Assembly (NCBI GenBank): GCA_051866635.1
Contig: JBJDXJ010000038.1
Location: 146,372 to 210,371 of the forward strand
Direction: 5' to 3'
DNA from: Clostridia bacterium
Lineage (GTDB): Bacteria; Bacillota; Clostridia; UMGS1883
Length of the DNA stretch: 64,000 bases
Position numbers and translations under genes: made by a program. The notes beneath the pieces were generated by a model. That model did no database searches. It was not told the DNA's origin and saw only the letters and a list, made by a program, of their open reading frames with translations. Shown in pieces: positions 51,958-61,018 of the stretch; position 1 is the first letter of the stretch; every line of letters starts with the position of its first letter.

Positions 51958-52247
51958 ACTTGAGCCAAGCGGAAACGCATGGCACTAAAGTGGTTGTAAA
52001 AAACAACTGAAAAAAAGGGCGTGTCTCAACAAGTGAATTTTCACCAAATTGAGGCAACGCCCTCTTTTTCTGCCACTTTTATCTCATGCAAAAAATTGCC
52101 CTTGACGGTTGGATATCGTCTTATTGTGCAATTTTTGAATATTGTATGCTATGGTTTTAATTGATACTAACTTTTTGTCAAAAACTGTTGAATGTTATAG
52201 AAAATCCATATATAATCATAGTGTGATATTGTGTCTTGAAAAGAGCA

Positions 52248-52628
52248 ATGGAAATGGCTGAAGTTGATAAATTTAAAGTAAAATTAAGAGATTTGGAAGA
52301 TAAATTTGGCACGATATTGAGATAACCTCAACATCAAATGTGGCGAAATTAGGCTATAGCGTTCTCGCGGCTTTCAAAGAAGAGGGAAGTCATTTGTTTT
52401 GTATAAAATTCAAAGGGTGCAGATATGAAATCGATTGCGATGATTTTTATGATAAATTAGGGATAAAAACAATAAATCCCATTGCTAAAAAGTTATCCTC
52501 TCTATTATGATGTATTTGATAAAGAAGTTACTTGGGACGATAAGAGGTTTGATATTGAGACAACCAATGCTTTGTTGAAAGGGACTGTTCAACGAATGAA
52601 GGAAAATTACGAGGAATATTTTGAGTAA
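52248..52628 (+). pseudogene. Degraded copy of pRiA4b ORF3-like gene
   Basis: Aligns to 36979-37581 with frameshifts and an internal deletion. Confidence 0.85.
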
Positions 52629-52659
52629 TAACTGAAATATTGAACAAGGAGATGGAAAA

Positions 52660-53163
52660 ATGGCAACAGAATGAGAAATGTTAGAGCGAGCGAAGGTGTA
52701 TATGGAAAAGCTTGCAAACGGAATTAATCCCATTGATGATACGGAAGTTAAGGAAGATGACTGTATTAATAATGTACGGCTGTCCAGGTGCTTTTTCTAT
52801 GTGGCGGATGTGCTCGGTAAGGTCATAGCAAACGGAGGAACAGTGCCTGTAAGAAAGAAAGCCGGTACTATACCTTTTGCAGTAACAGATGAACAACTTA
52901 AAAATTACGAGTTTTCGGACAATCCGATTGCATTGAGCGAAATTGCAAAAAGGATAAATGCATTGAAAACTGACCCAAATATGAAAAATATTACATATAA
53001 TCATCTGGCGGATTGGCTCATGAGCGTTAATATGTTAGAGTATGCAACAAAAAATGACGGCAGTACAACAAAGCGTCCTACGGAAGCAGGAAAGAGCAGG
53101 GGGATAACTGTTGAAAAGAGACAGGGTAGTGTTATATGGATGGATTACGAAAGAAAAAGGTGA
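52660..53163 (+). pseudogene. Damaged paralogue of 39518-40084
   Basis: TTA to TGA at codon 5, in-frame ATG 52678, divergent truncated C-terminus. Confidence 0.75.
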
Positions 53164-53168
53164 AAAAT

Positions 53169-53621
53169 ATGAGCTTAATATCTTTAGCAAGCGGTAAATC
53201 CTTGTGGCGAGGCTATGAATACTACAAAGGAAACCATGTTTATTACAAATCAAACAAGAGTGCAACTGAAATCGAGGGAAAAGTTACCGGTAGTGGACAA
53301 ACTTATACTGTTAATATAGACATTGAGCATCCACGTAAATCAAAGTGTAATTGTCCACATGCTGATGGAAAGCGGATTATTTGTAAACATATGGTTGCAC
53401 TATATTTTGCATCATTTCCCAAAGAAGCAGAAGAATATTACAATGAAGTTATTGCTTATGAGAAAGAACAAGAGCAGATGGAAGAAGAACTTGATTATAA
53501 AATTACTGCATACATAAATAAACTGTCTAAAGGACAATTACAAGACTTGGTATATGACCTTTTATATAATGGTCCTGACTGGCAGTTTGACAATTTTGTT
53601 AATGAAAATATTGAGTGGTGA
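53169..53621 (+). CDS. SWIM zinc-finger protein
   Basis: RGYEYY..CNCPHADGKRIICKH. Confidence 0.85.
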   Translation: MSLISLASGKSLWRGYEYYKGNHVYYKSNKSATEIEGKVTGSGQTYTVNIDIEHPRKSKCNCPHADGKRIICKHMVALYFASFPKEAEEYYNEVIAYEKEQEQMEEELDYKITAYINKLSKGQLQDLVYDLLYNGPDWQFDNFVNENIEW

Positions 53622-53625
53622 AATT

Positions 53626-53940
53626 ATGGAAGTATCAAAACAAGACTGGAAATTGTTTCAGGAGAAGATTGGCGACTGGCAAGAATCTTATATAGAAAGA
53701 CTTAATAATGAGTATATAAAACTTCTTGAAGGCACGGGAAAGCCATCAGAAAAGTTCTGGCAATTGGAAAAACGCATCAAAAAGGATAAAACACATTGTG
53801 GAGTATTAATTGAAATGAGAAAACAAAATATTCCATTTGATTTAGTTTCTTTAATAAGAGACGGTGCAATTGGGTTTGAAGATATAAAATGTTTCAGCGA
53901 TGACTTACAGGAAGTTGTTAGATTTTTAATGGAAAGATAA
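53626..53940 (+). CDS. Conserved hypothetical protein
   Basis: MEVSKQDWKLF..WQE.Y..SEKFW; start after preceding stop. Confidence 0.7.
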   Translation: MEVSKQDWKLFQEKIGDWQESYIERLNNEYIKLLEGTGKPSEKFWQLEKRIKKDKTHCGVLIEMRKQNIPFDLVSLIRDGAIGFEDIKCFSDDLQEVVRFLMER

Positions 53941-54077
53941 ATTCCACTCCACAAAGAGAAAACTGTAAAAAGGTGCAAAAATATCTTTTAGAATATTGAC
54001 TTATTTACATATTTGTGGTAATACTAATATATAAAACTGTAAAAAGGTGCAGAAATCTCTTTGGAGTGGTGATAGAT

Positions 54078-55373
54078 ATGGAAATTAAGCGAGATTTATA
54101 TTTGAATAAGCTGATTAGCTTGAAGCATAACGGATTAATCAAAGTTATAACCGGTATCAGAAGATGCGGAAAGTCTTACCTTTTGAACGAAATATTTTAT
54201 AATCATCTTTTAGAAAGCGGTGTAGATGAAAAGCATATCATCCGTTTTGCATTTGATTCCGGTGATGATTTGAATCTGATTGGTGAAAGCATAATTGAAA
54301 TAGAAAAACAAAAAAGAAAAGTTGATCCCGAAAAGTTTATGGCGTATATCCGAAATCAAATGAAAGATAACGAAATGTACTATATTCTTTTAGATGAGGT
54401 ACAGATGCTCGATTGCTTTGAAACTGTTTTAAACGGTTATCTTCGCAAGAAAAATATGGATGTTTATGTTACCGGAAGTAATGCGAAATTTCTCTCAAAA
54501 GATATTATCACTGAGTTTGCAGGTCGTGGTGACGAAATTCACATGTATCCGTTAAGCTTCTCTGAGTTTATGACGGCTTACAAGGGTGATAAGTACGAGG
54601 GACTTTCCGAATATATGATCTATGGAGGTATCCCACTGGTGGTTCTCAGGGATGGCCAGGAGAATAAGGCGTCTGCCCTTGAAAATCTTTTCAGTGAGAT
54701 TTATGTAAGAGATATTCAAAAAAGAAACAAGGTCAGAAACATCGGCGAGCTTGAAGATTTGCTTAACATAGTCTCTTCTGCCATCGGTTCTTTAACCAAT
54801 CCAGAAAAACTAAAAAACACCTTTAAATCTATCAAGAATTCAAAAATAACTTCCACAACAATCAAAAAATATCTTGATTTTCTTGAGGATTCATTCTTGA
54901 TTGAATCAGCACAAAGATACGACATAAAGGGAAGGACATATATTGAAACCCCTAAAAAATATTATTTTTCCGATATGGGGCTTCGTAATGCTCGTATAAA
55001 TTTCAGGCAGTTCGAGCAGACTCATGCAATGGAAAATGTAATCTATAATGAACTTAGAATGCGTGGATACAGAGTTGATGTCGGTGTTGTTCCGATTACA
55101 GAAAAGAACGAGAACGGTCAAACTGTCAGAAAACAGCTGGAGGTTGACTTTATATGTAACCTCGGTTCAATGAGATGCTATATACAGTCAGCTTTTTCAA
55201 TTCCTGATGAAGAAAAGAGAGTGCAGGAAATAAGACCGTTTAAGAAAATTGACGATTCGTTCAAGAAAATCGTTATTACAAAGGACATAGTTGCGCCTTA
55301 TTATGATGAAAACGGCATTCTCACTATGAATATTTACGATTTCCTTATGGATGAAAAGAGTCTTGAAAAATAG
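54078..55373 (+). CDS. AAA_14 ATPase with DUF4143 domain
   Basis: GIRRCGKS, LLDEVQ, VTGSN, KKYYFSDMG, EVDF; start MEIKR. Confidence 0.9.
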   Translation: MEIKRDLYLNKLISLKHNGLIKVITGIRRCGKSYLLNEIFYNHLLESGVDEKHIIRFAFDSGDDLNLIGESIIEIEKQKRKVDPEKFMAYIRNQMKDNEMYYILLDEVQMLDCFETVLNGYLRKKNMDVYVTGSNAKFLSKDIITEFAGRGDEIHMYPLSFSEFMTAYKGDKYEGLSEYMIYGGIPLVVLRDGQENKASALENLFSEIYVRDIQKRNKVRNIGELEDLLNIVSSAIGSLTNPEKLKNTFKSIKNSKITSTTIKKYLDFLEDSFLIESAQRYDIKGRTYIETPKKYYFSDMGLRNARINFRQFEQTHAMENVIYNELRMRGYRVDVGVVPITEKNENGQTVRKQLEVDFICNLGSMRCYIQSAFSIPDEEKRVQEIRPFKKIDDSFKKIVITKDIVAPYYDENGILTMNIYDFLMDEKSLEK

Positions 55374-55431
55374 AAGGTGCTTTTATTGTGAAAGACAAAG
55401 GCTTTGTTTTGATTGGATTTAAAGAAAGTGA

Positions 55432-56007
55432 ATGGAGGGAAAAATGATGAGAAAGAATTTTGATGCGAAAGCGATTTTATATCCGATGCCGGTACTGATT
55501 ATCGGTACATATGACGAGAGCGGAAAGCCTAATGCAATGAATGCTGCATGGGGTGGCATTAGCGAGGAAAACGAGATTTCTATTTGCGTGGATGATGGAC
55601 ACAAGACTGCAAAGAATGTTGTTAAGACGGGTGCATTTACCGTAAGCGTTGCAGATGCAGAAAATGTTGTAGCTTGTGATTATGTTGGTATCGTATCAGG
55701 CAATAAAGAGACTGATAAAATTAAAAAGACAGGTTGGCACATTACAAAGAGTGAGTTTGTAAATGCTCCGCTTTTTGACGAATTACCTATGGCACTTGAA
55801 TGTAAGCGCATCAGTTATGATGAAGAATCTTGCAGACTTGTTGGTGAAATCGTAAATGTCTGTGCAGACGAAAGAATACTTGACGAAAACGGAGAAATTG
55901 ATTTGAATAAATTCAGTCCTATTACATATGATCCGGTGCATCATACTTATCATAAGCTTGGTGAAGCGGTTGGCAAGGCGTTTCGTGATGGGTTGAAATT
56001 GAAATAG
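55432..56007 (+). CDS. Flavin reductase-like (flavoredoxin) protein
   Basis: YPMPVLIIGT..NAMNAAWGG, DYVGIVSG, LECK. Confidence 0.88.
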   Translation: MEGKMMRKNFDAKAILYPMPVLIIGTYDESGKPNAMNAAWGGISEENEISICVDDGHKTAKNVVKTGAFTVSVADAENVVACDYVGIVSGNKETDKIKKTGWHITKSEFVNAPLFDELPMALECKRISYDEESCRLVGEIVNVCADERILDENGEIDLNKFSPITYDPVHHTYHKLGEAVGKAFRDGLKLK

Positions 56008-56060
56008 AATACCGGGACAAAAAAACACGGAGTTACCAATTAGGTAAGCTCCGTATTTTG

Positions 56061-56261
56061 CTATTTGCGGGCAGGTTTTACGTTTACGGCAGGGTTTATG
56101 TTTCCATCGATTGTGCCGTGTTCTTCCTCAAATTTTTTTATGTTTTCGCGGATAAGGACAAGGACATGGCTGTTTACGCTGCGACCTTCATAGTCGGCCA
56201 CATAGCCAAGCTTTTCTAACATTTCTTCTTCGATACGGATTGATACACTCTTAATAGCCAT
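56061..56261 (-). CDS. Arc/ribbon-helix-helix DNA-binding protein
   Basis: SVSIRI..L.YVADYEGRSVN; RBS gaggtg; palindrome tagatatacagtatatcta upstream. Confidence 0.8.
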   Translation of the reverse strand: MAIKSVSIRIEEEMLEKLGYVADYEGRSVNSHVLVLIRENIKKFEEEHGTIDGNINPAVNVKPARK

Positions 56262-56362
56262 ACAAACACCTCTGAATAGATATATTATATGTTTATTTTA
56301 GAATGATTATGTGGTAAAATGTTTTAAATAGATATACAGTATATCTATAATATTTTCAAAGG

Positions 56363-56827
56363 GTGTTCAGAGTGAGTGTAAAGAGATGTTGTTTTGCAGG
56401 GCATAACGAAACATACGGTGATGAAGTTAAAGAGAAGATAAAAGGTATTGCTATCCGTTTGATTGAGGAAAAGGGCGTGGTTGAATTTTGGGTGGGGAAT
56501 TACGGCGGTTTTGACAGGTGTGCGGCATCGGCAATTGGTGAGGTGAAGAAAATATATCCGCACATTAAGCTTGTGCTTATACTGCCTTACCTGACAAAAG
56601 CGGTGAGCGACTGCAAAGAAGAGTATTACAAAAAGTATGATGAAATCGTTATAGCGTATATGCCGGAGAAAACACCTGCGAGGCTGAGGATAATAAAAGC
56701 GAATGAGTATATGGTGGATAATTGCGACTTTCTTGTTTGCAATGTGGAACACTCCTGGGGCGGTGCAGCAAAGACGGTGGAGTATGCCAAACGGGAAGGG
56801 AGGGAGATTTGGAATTTGGTGGTATAA
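56363..56827 (+). CDS. SLOG/YspA (DUF1273)-like protein
   Basis: CCFAGH, GGFD, NEYMVD, GGAAKTVEYA. Confidence 0.8.
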   Translation: MFRVSVKRCCFAGHNETYGDEVKEKIKGIAIRLIEEKGVVEFWVGNYGGFDRCAASAIGEVKKIYPHIKLVLILPYLTKAVSDCKEEYYKKYDEIVIAYMPEKTPARLRIIKANEYMVDNCDFLVCNVEHSWGGAAKTVEYAKREGREIWNLVV

Positions 56828-56973
56828 TTAGTGGATTTTGTTGAAAAGAGAGAAAAAGTATGATATGATAGCACAAAGTTGCAAATGTAATATAAAACAA
56901 TGTGTTACCACTTCATACTACTGAAATTAAACTGAAAATCTGATACTGTAATCTCAAAAAAGGAGGTTGCGGA

Positions 56974-57630
56974 TTGAAAGATTTTAAAATTTATGATGTA
57001 TTCAAATCGTTTTTAGTTGAAGATGCGGAGTATGACGGATATATTGAACTACCAAAGATTAAGACGAGTGATTTAATCCCCGATAAGGTTGTGACTTTTT
57101 CGAAAGCAATGGAGAAATCATTTAAAGACTTTGGCTGCCATGTTATGTTCTATGAACACGATGCGAAATTTGAAAGATTATGGAATAATCCAATTCAATA
57201 TCTTCCCAAACTAAAAAAGTTCAAAGGAGTTATATCGCCTGATTTTAGCCTTTACAGAAATATGCCCCTTTGTATGCAAATGTGGAATGCATACAGAGGG
57301 CGTGCACTTGCATATTGGATGCAGAAAAACGGGATTGAGATTATTCCCAATATAAGATTCAACGATGCGAGAACATACAGCTTTTGTTTTGATGGGATTG
57401 AACCATTTAAGACTGTAGCGGTGGGAACGCACGGTTGTATAAAGAAAAAAGAAGATAAGAAAATTTTTAAGCAAGGCTTAAAAGAGCTTGTAAGGGTATT
57501 ACAACCTAAAACAATTATTATATATGGTGCGGTTCCTGATGAAATCTTTGGAGGATATCGCAAAAAAGGCATAAATATTATCGCCTTTGAAAGTGAGTAT
57601 TCAAAATCCCGAAGGCAGGTGAATGCCTGA
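56974..57630 (+). CDS. DUF4417-family protein
   Basis: MFYEHD.KFERLWNNP, ISPDFSLY..MP...Q.WN.YR, IIPNIR. Confidence 0.85.
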   Translation: MKDFKIYDVFKSFLVEDAEYDGYIELPKIKTSDLIPDKVVTFSKAMEKSFKDFGCHVMFYEHDAKFERLWNNPIQYLPKLKKFKGVISPDFSLYRNMPLCMQMWNAYRGRALAYWMQKNGIEIIPNIRFNDARTYSFCFDGIEPFKTVAVGTHGCIKKKEDKKIFKQGLKELVRVLQPKTIIIYGAVPDEIFGGYRKKGINIIAFESEYSKSRRQVNA

Positions 57631-57965
57631 TGGGTGCAAGCACAGCTGGAAATTTCGGGTACACAAAGGGTAGTGGCAAGCGTATTTCTAATCCGATTGT
57701 TCGAGGCAAAAGAGTAGGGTCAACGGCAAAAAATAGAACAGATGGACAACATAAATTTAGCGATATTGTTGATAATTATGCAAGTGGTGCAAAAACTTTT
57801 AAAATAAAAGGCGGAGATGGTAAAACCAGAGTTCTTTACCAAATCAAAGGGAGTTTGAATGGTAAACAAGGAATATTTGAATGGATATTAGAAAGTGGCA
57901 GTAGAGTTACACATCGAAGATTCATTCCAAATGGCAAAATAACAGGAAGACCTAATGGACGTTGA
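57630..57965 (+). CDS. Small basic putative toxin with Gly-rich N-terminus
   Basis: H.F.DIVDNYA..LYQI.GSLNG..GIFEWI..VTHRRF resembles polymorphic toxin C-termini; very basic. Confidence 0.55.
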   Translation: MGASTAGNFGYTKGSGKRISNPIVRGKRVGSTAKNRTDGQHKFSDIVDNYASGAKTFKIKGGDGKTRVLYQIKGSLNGKQGIFEWILESGSRVTHRRFIPNGKITGRPNGR

Positions 57966-57977
57966 GAGGTGTATTAA

Positions 57978-58475
57978 ATGTACGAAATAGATAACAAAAG
58001 CATTTTAATGTTAGATTGGGACAGCATTTGTTTGGGAATTGAGGAGAATTTAATTTATCCTAAGGTAGCAATAGAATATGCGGAGTGTGTGATGTTACAA
58101 AATCAAGAGGAAAGCAATAGCGACATTGTTGAATTGCTTATATTAGATGAATTAGAAAAAAACTGTGTGTTGGCGTTGGTAAGAAAACTGGCAAAGAAAA
58201 AGAACAAAAAAACAAAGCGTGTTTTGAGATGCGCCATCTTAAGCAGTATAGCTAATCAAAAGCTTGGAGATGGCGAGTCATTGGACAGAATAATAGATGT
58301 TTACGAGGATTTTGATTGTCCTGAGGACATGGAAGAATTTATTGCATACCTTCCAACCAAAGATGCCGATGATTACAACCCGGAAGAACATTCCATTAAG
58401 GAAAACCAAAGAAGAATGGTAAAGAAGTTTGAAAACTTTTTGAAAGAAGAAATTGAGTGGGTAAATATGCGTTAA
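57978..58475 (+). CDS. DUF2247-like acidic putative immunity protein
   Basis: YEDFDCPEDMEEFI.YLP..YNP..HS..EN..R; acidic; follows basic ORF. Confidence 0.65.
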   Translation: MYEIDNKSILMLDWDSICLGIEENLIYPKVAIEYAECVMLQNQEESNSDIVELLILDELEKNCVLALVRKLAKKKNKKTKRVLRCAILSSIANQKLGDGESLDRIIDVYEDFDCPEDMEEFIAYLPTKDADDYNPEEHSIKENQRRMVKKFENFLKEEIEWVNMR

Positions 58476-58482
58476 TATAGAA

Positions 58483-59100
58483 TTATAAAAACCCCCAACG
58501 ACAAAAAGCATCTGTAAGAGCGTACTTACAGATGCTTTCGTGCTCTTTGAATCCGTTTAAATGAGTATGGAGCGCTTCACCGAAACGTTGGAAGTGTACA
58601 ATTTCGCGTTCTCGTAAAAAGCGTATAGGGTCAATAACGTCCGGGTCATCGGCAAGTGCTAAAATATTGTCGTAGGTTGAGCGTGCTTTTTGTTCTGCTG
58701 CCAAATCTTCTGTAAGGTCGGTTATTGCATCACCCTTTGACTGAAGATATGCCGCAGTGAAAGGTACGCCTGATGCTGACGCCGGGTAAATTGCAGTTGA
58801 ATGGTCAACAAAGTATGGGGCAAAGCCTCCATCTATAATTTCCTGTTCGGTAAGGTTACGGGTGAGCTGGTAAACAATCGCACCAATCATCTCCAAATGC
58901 CCAAGTTCTTCCGTACCTATATCATTTAAAACACCTTTTGTGATTGTGTCGGGCATTGTAAAACGTTGGCTTAAATAGCGTAGTGACGCTCCAAGTTCAC
59001 CGTCGGGGCCACCATATTGAGTTAAGATTACCTGAGCCATTCTGGGATCAGGTTTTTTTATATTTACGGGATACTGTAGTTTCTTTTCATAAACCCACAT
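58483..59100 (-). CDS. cotJC: Spore coat manganese-catalase-family protein, interrupted after RFGEAL
   Basis: MWVYEKKLQYPV, QYGGPDGE, DIGTEELGHLE, REIVHFQRFGEAL; tail after 58569 is element-derived. Confidence 0.92.
   Translation of the reverse strand: MWVYEKKLQYPVNIKKPDPRMAQVILTQYGGPDGELGASLRYLSQRFTMPDTITKGVLNDIGTEELGHLEMIGAIVYQLTRNLTEQEIIDGGFAPYFVDHSTAIYPASASGVPFTAAYLQSKGDAITDLTEDLAAEQKARSTYDNILALADDPDVIDPIRFLREREIVHFQRFGEALHTHLNGFKEHESICKYALTDAFCRWGFL
58503..58538. terminator. Bidirectional terminator at element end
   Basis: aaagcatctgtaag-agcgta-cttacagatgcttt perfect 14-bp stem. Confidence 0.8.
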
Positions 59101-59354
59101 TATAAATTGCTCCTTTCCCAAACCCATGGATTTTCTATCCACTGCCAAGGCGTCCGTTCATTTGATGCACCTGCAGTCAAAGGTCCGTATTTTGATTCAT
59201 ATTCATTACGAAGCTCTTTTGCTTCACGATGTTTTTCGTGATAGAGGGTTAAAGCACTCTGACAACAGGGGTGAGTGTCTAAATAAAGCATAAGGTCATG
59301 GGCTGCAAAGTCTGCCGCCTGTACTTTATACAAAAGCTCTTTTCTGCTATCCAT
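59100..59354 (-). CDS. cotJB: Spore coat protein CotJB
   Basis: LYLDTHP, YGPLT, WQWIENPWVWE. Confidence 0.92.
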   Translation of the reverse strand: MDSRKELLYKVQAADFAAHDLMLYLDTHPCCQSALTLYHEKHREAKELRNEYESKYGPLTAGASNERTPWQWIENPWVWERSNL

Positions 59355-59556
59355 TTAAACACCCCAAATCTGAAGCGGTAGTTGTAAATTCTCTGCCGTA
59401 TACGTCCCGGGGTTTATAAAGCTCGGGGAAAAGCGTACCTTTTGCAAGTGCTGTTTCATTATCGTATACGGTGTCAATTTGTTGCATGGGAGTGTAAGAA
59501 TAAGCAAGTGGGAGTGTTGAAAGGCAGGTTTTGCATTGTGTGTTATTTTCAACCAT
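59347..59556 (-). CDS. cotJA: Spore coat protein CotJA
   Basis: LAYSYTPMQ..ALAKGTLFPELYKP. Confidence 0.88.
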   Translation of the reverse strand: MVENNTQCKTCLSTLPLAYSYTPMQQIDTVYDNETALAKGTLFPELYKPRDVYGREFTTTASDLGCLNG

Positions 59557-59686
59557 AAATTTTTCATCCTTTCAGAGCGAAATGTTCGCTCAATACATAT
59601 TATGACAAAATTCTCTGTGTGTGAAATATATAGTTGAAAAAAATGGATAACGGTGCTACAATTTGAATTATAAGGGCGGTGGTATA

Positions 59687-60571
59687 ATGGGCGTGTTCCG
59701 ACCAAGCTATTATGACAGCTTTAAGTGCATTGCATCTAAATGCAAACATAGCTGTTGCATCGGTTGGGAAATCGATATTGATGAGGAAACCTTTGAAAAA
59801 TATAGAAATCTTTCGGGAGAAATGGGTGAAAGAATAAGGAAAAGCATATCTTGTGAAGATGAAAGTGTGCATTTTATCTTGGATGAAAAGGAACGATGCC
59901 CGTTTTTAAATGACGATAATCTTTGTGATATTATCATTTCGCAGGGTGATGATGCTCTTTGTCAGATATGCCGTGACCATCCCAGATTTGTGAATGTTAT
60001 CTTTGACCGCGAAGAAATAGGCATAGGGTTTTGCTGTGAAGGGGCGGCTAAGATTATTATAGAAAATAAGGATAAGGTGTATCTTTTGGGTGAGGGTGAC
60101 ATTGAAGATGAAGTTATTTTCAACATACGTGACAAAGCAGTTGAAAAGATACAGGACAGGGACAAAAGCATTGATGAAAGAATAGCTGATGTTTTTGAAA
60201 TGTTTGATATTTCTATCCCTGAAATTCATATGCAGAAAGTGTATTTAAGTCTTGAACGCCTTGACGAGGCGTGGACGGAAAAGCTTCAGCTGTTAAATAG
60301 GGAAGGGCATGATTTAAAAAATGATTGGAGTGTGCCATTTGAACAGATTTTAGTGTATTTTATATACAGATATATGGCGATGGGTGTCTATGACGGAAGA
60401 TATAAAGAAAGAATTCTGTTTTCCGTTTTAAGTTTTTATATGATAAGAGAGCTTTTTAAAAGAGGGAAGGAGGATATAAACTCTCTTGAAGATATTGCGA
60501 GAATGTATTCTTGCGAGGTTGAGTATTCGGAAGAAAATGTTGAAAAATTATTGAATTTATTGGGAGGTTAA
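59687..60571 (+). CDS. FliB-like flagellin lysine-N-methylase family protein
   Basis: FKCIASKCKHSCCIGWEIDID, CPFLN..LC, C..HPR. Confidence 0.8.
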   Translation: MGVFRPSYYDSFKCIASKCKHSCCIGWEIDIDEETFEKYRNLSGEMGERIRKSISCEDESVHFILDEKERCPFLNDDNLCDIIISQGDDALCQICRDHPRFVNVIFDREEIGIGFCCEGAAKIIIENKDKVYLLGEGDIEDEVIFNIRDKAVEKIQDRDKSIDERIADVFEMFDISIPEIHMQKVYLSLERLDEAWTEKLQLLNREGHDLKNDWSVPFEQILVYFIYRYMAMGVYDGRYKERILFSVLSFYMIRELFKRGKEDINSLEDIARMYSCEVEYSEENVEKLLNLLGG

Positions 60572-60576
60572 TTGTT

Positions 60577-60990
60577 ATGTGGTTTGTATTTGCACTTTTA
60601 TCTGCCGTTTTTGCGGCACTTACTTCAATTTTGGCAAAGGTTGGTATCGATGGAGTTAATTCAAATCTTGCTACGGCAATAAGGACCGTTGTTGTGGTGG
60701 GAATGAGCTGGATGATGGTGTTTGTAACAAATGCCCAGAACGGGATATTTGAAATAAGTAAAAAAAGCTGGATATTCCTTATCCTGTCAGGTCTTGCAAC
60801 AGGTGCATCATGGCTTTGCTATTACAGAGCATTGCAGATTGGCGAAGCAAGTAAGGTTGTGCCTGTTGATAAGCTGAGCGTTGTAATAACTCTTGTGCTT
60901 GCTTTTGTATTTTTACATGAAGGATTTACATATAAGTCGGCAATAGGATGTGTATTGATTACGGCAGGCACACTTATTATGGTGCTGTGA
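60577..60990 (+). CDS. EamA-family transporter
   Basis: AALTSILAKVG, ASKVVPVDKLS, five TM. Confidence 0.88.
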   Translation: MWFVFALLSAVFAALTSILAKVGIDGVNSNLATAIRTVVVVGMSWMMVFVTNAQNGIFEISKKSWIFLILSGLATGASWLCYYRALQIGEASKVVPVDKLSVVITLVLAFVFLHEGFTYKSAIGCVLITAGTLIMVL

Positions 60991-61018
60991 TTGTATAACA
61001 GATTAAGGAAGATCAACA

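Larger units (their letters stand above)
40174..58585. mobile_element. 18.4-kb element interrupting cotJC
   Basis: Perfect 17-bp direct repeats at both ends; inner imperfect inverted arms ttactcttttaaa / tttaaatgagtat. Confidence 0.8.

Noticed and set aside
52010-52070. IS remnant after the giant gene
   Set aside because: Long hairpin resembles an IS end but no transposase trace; explained as terminator
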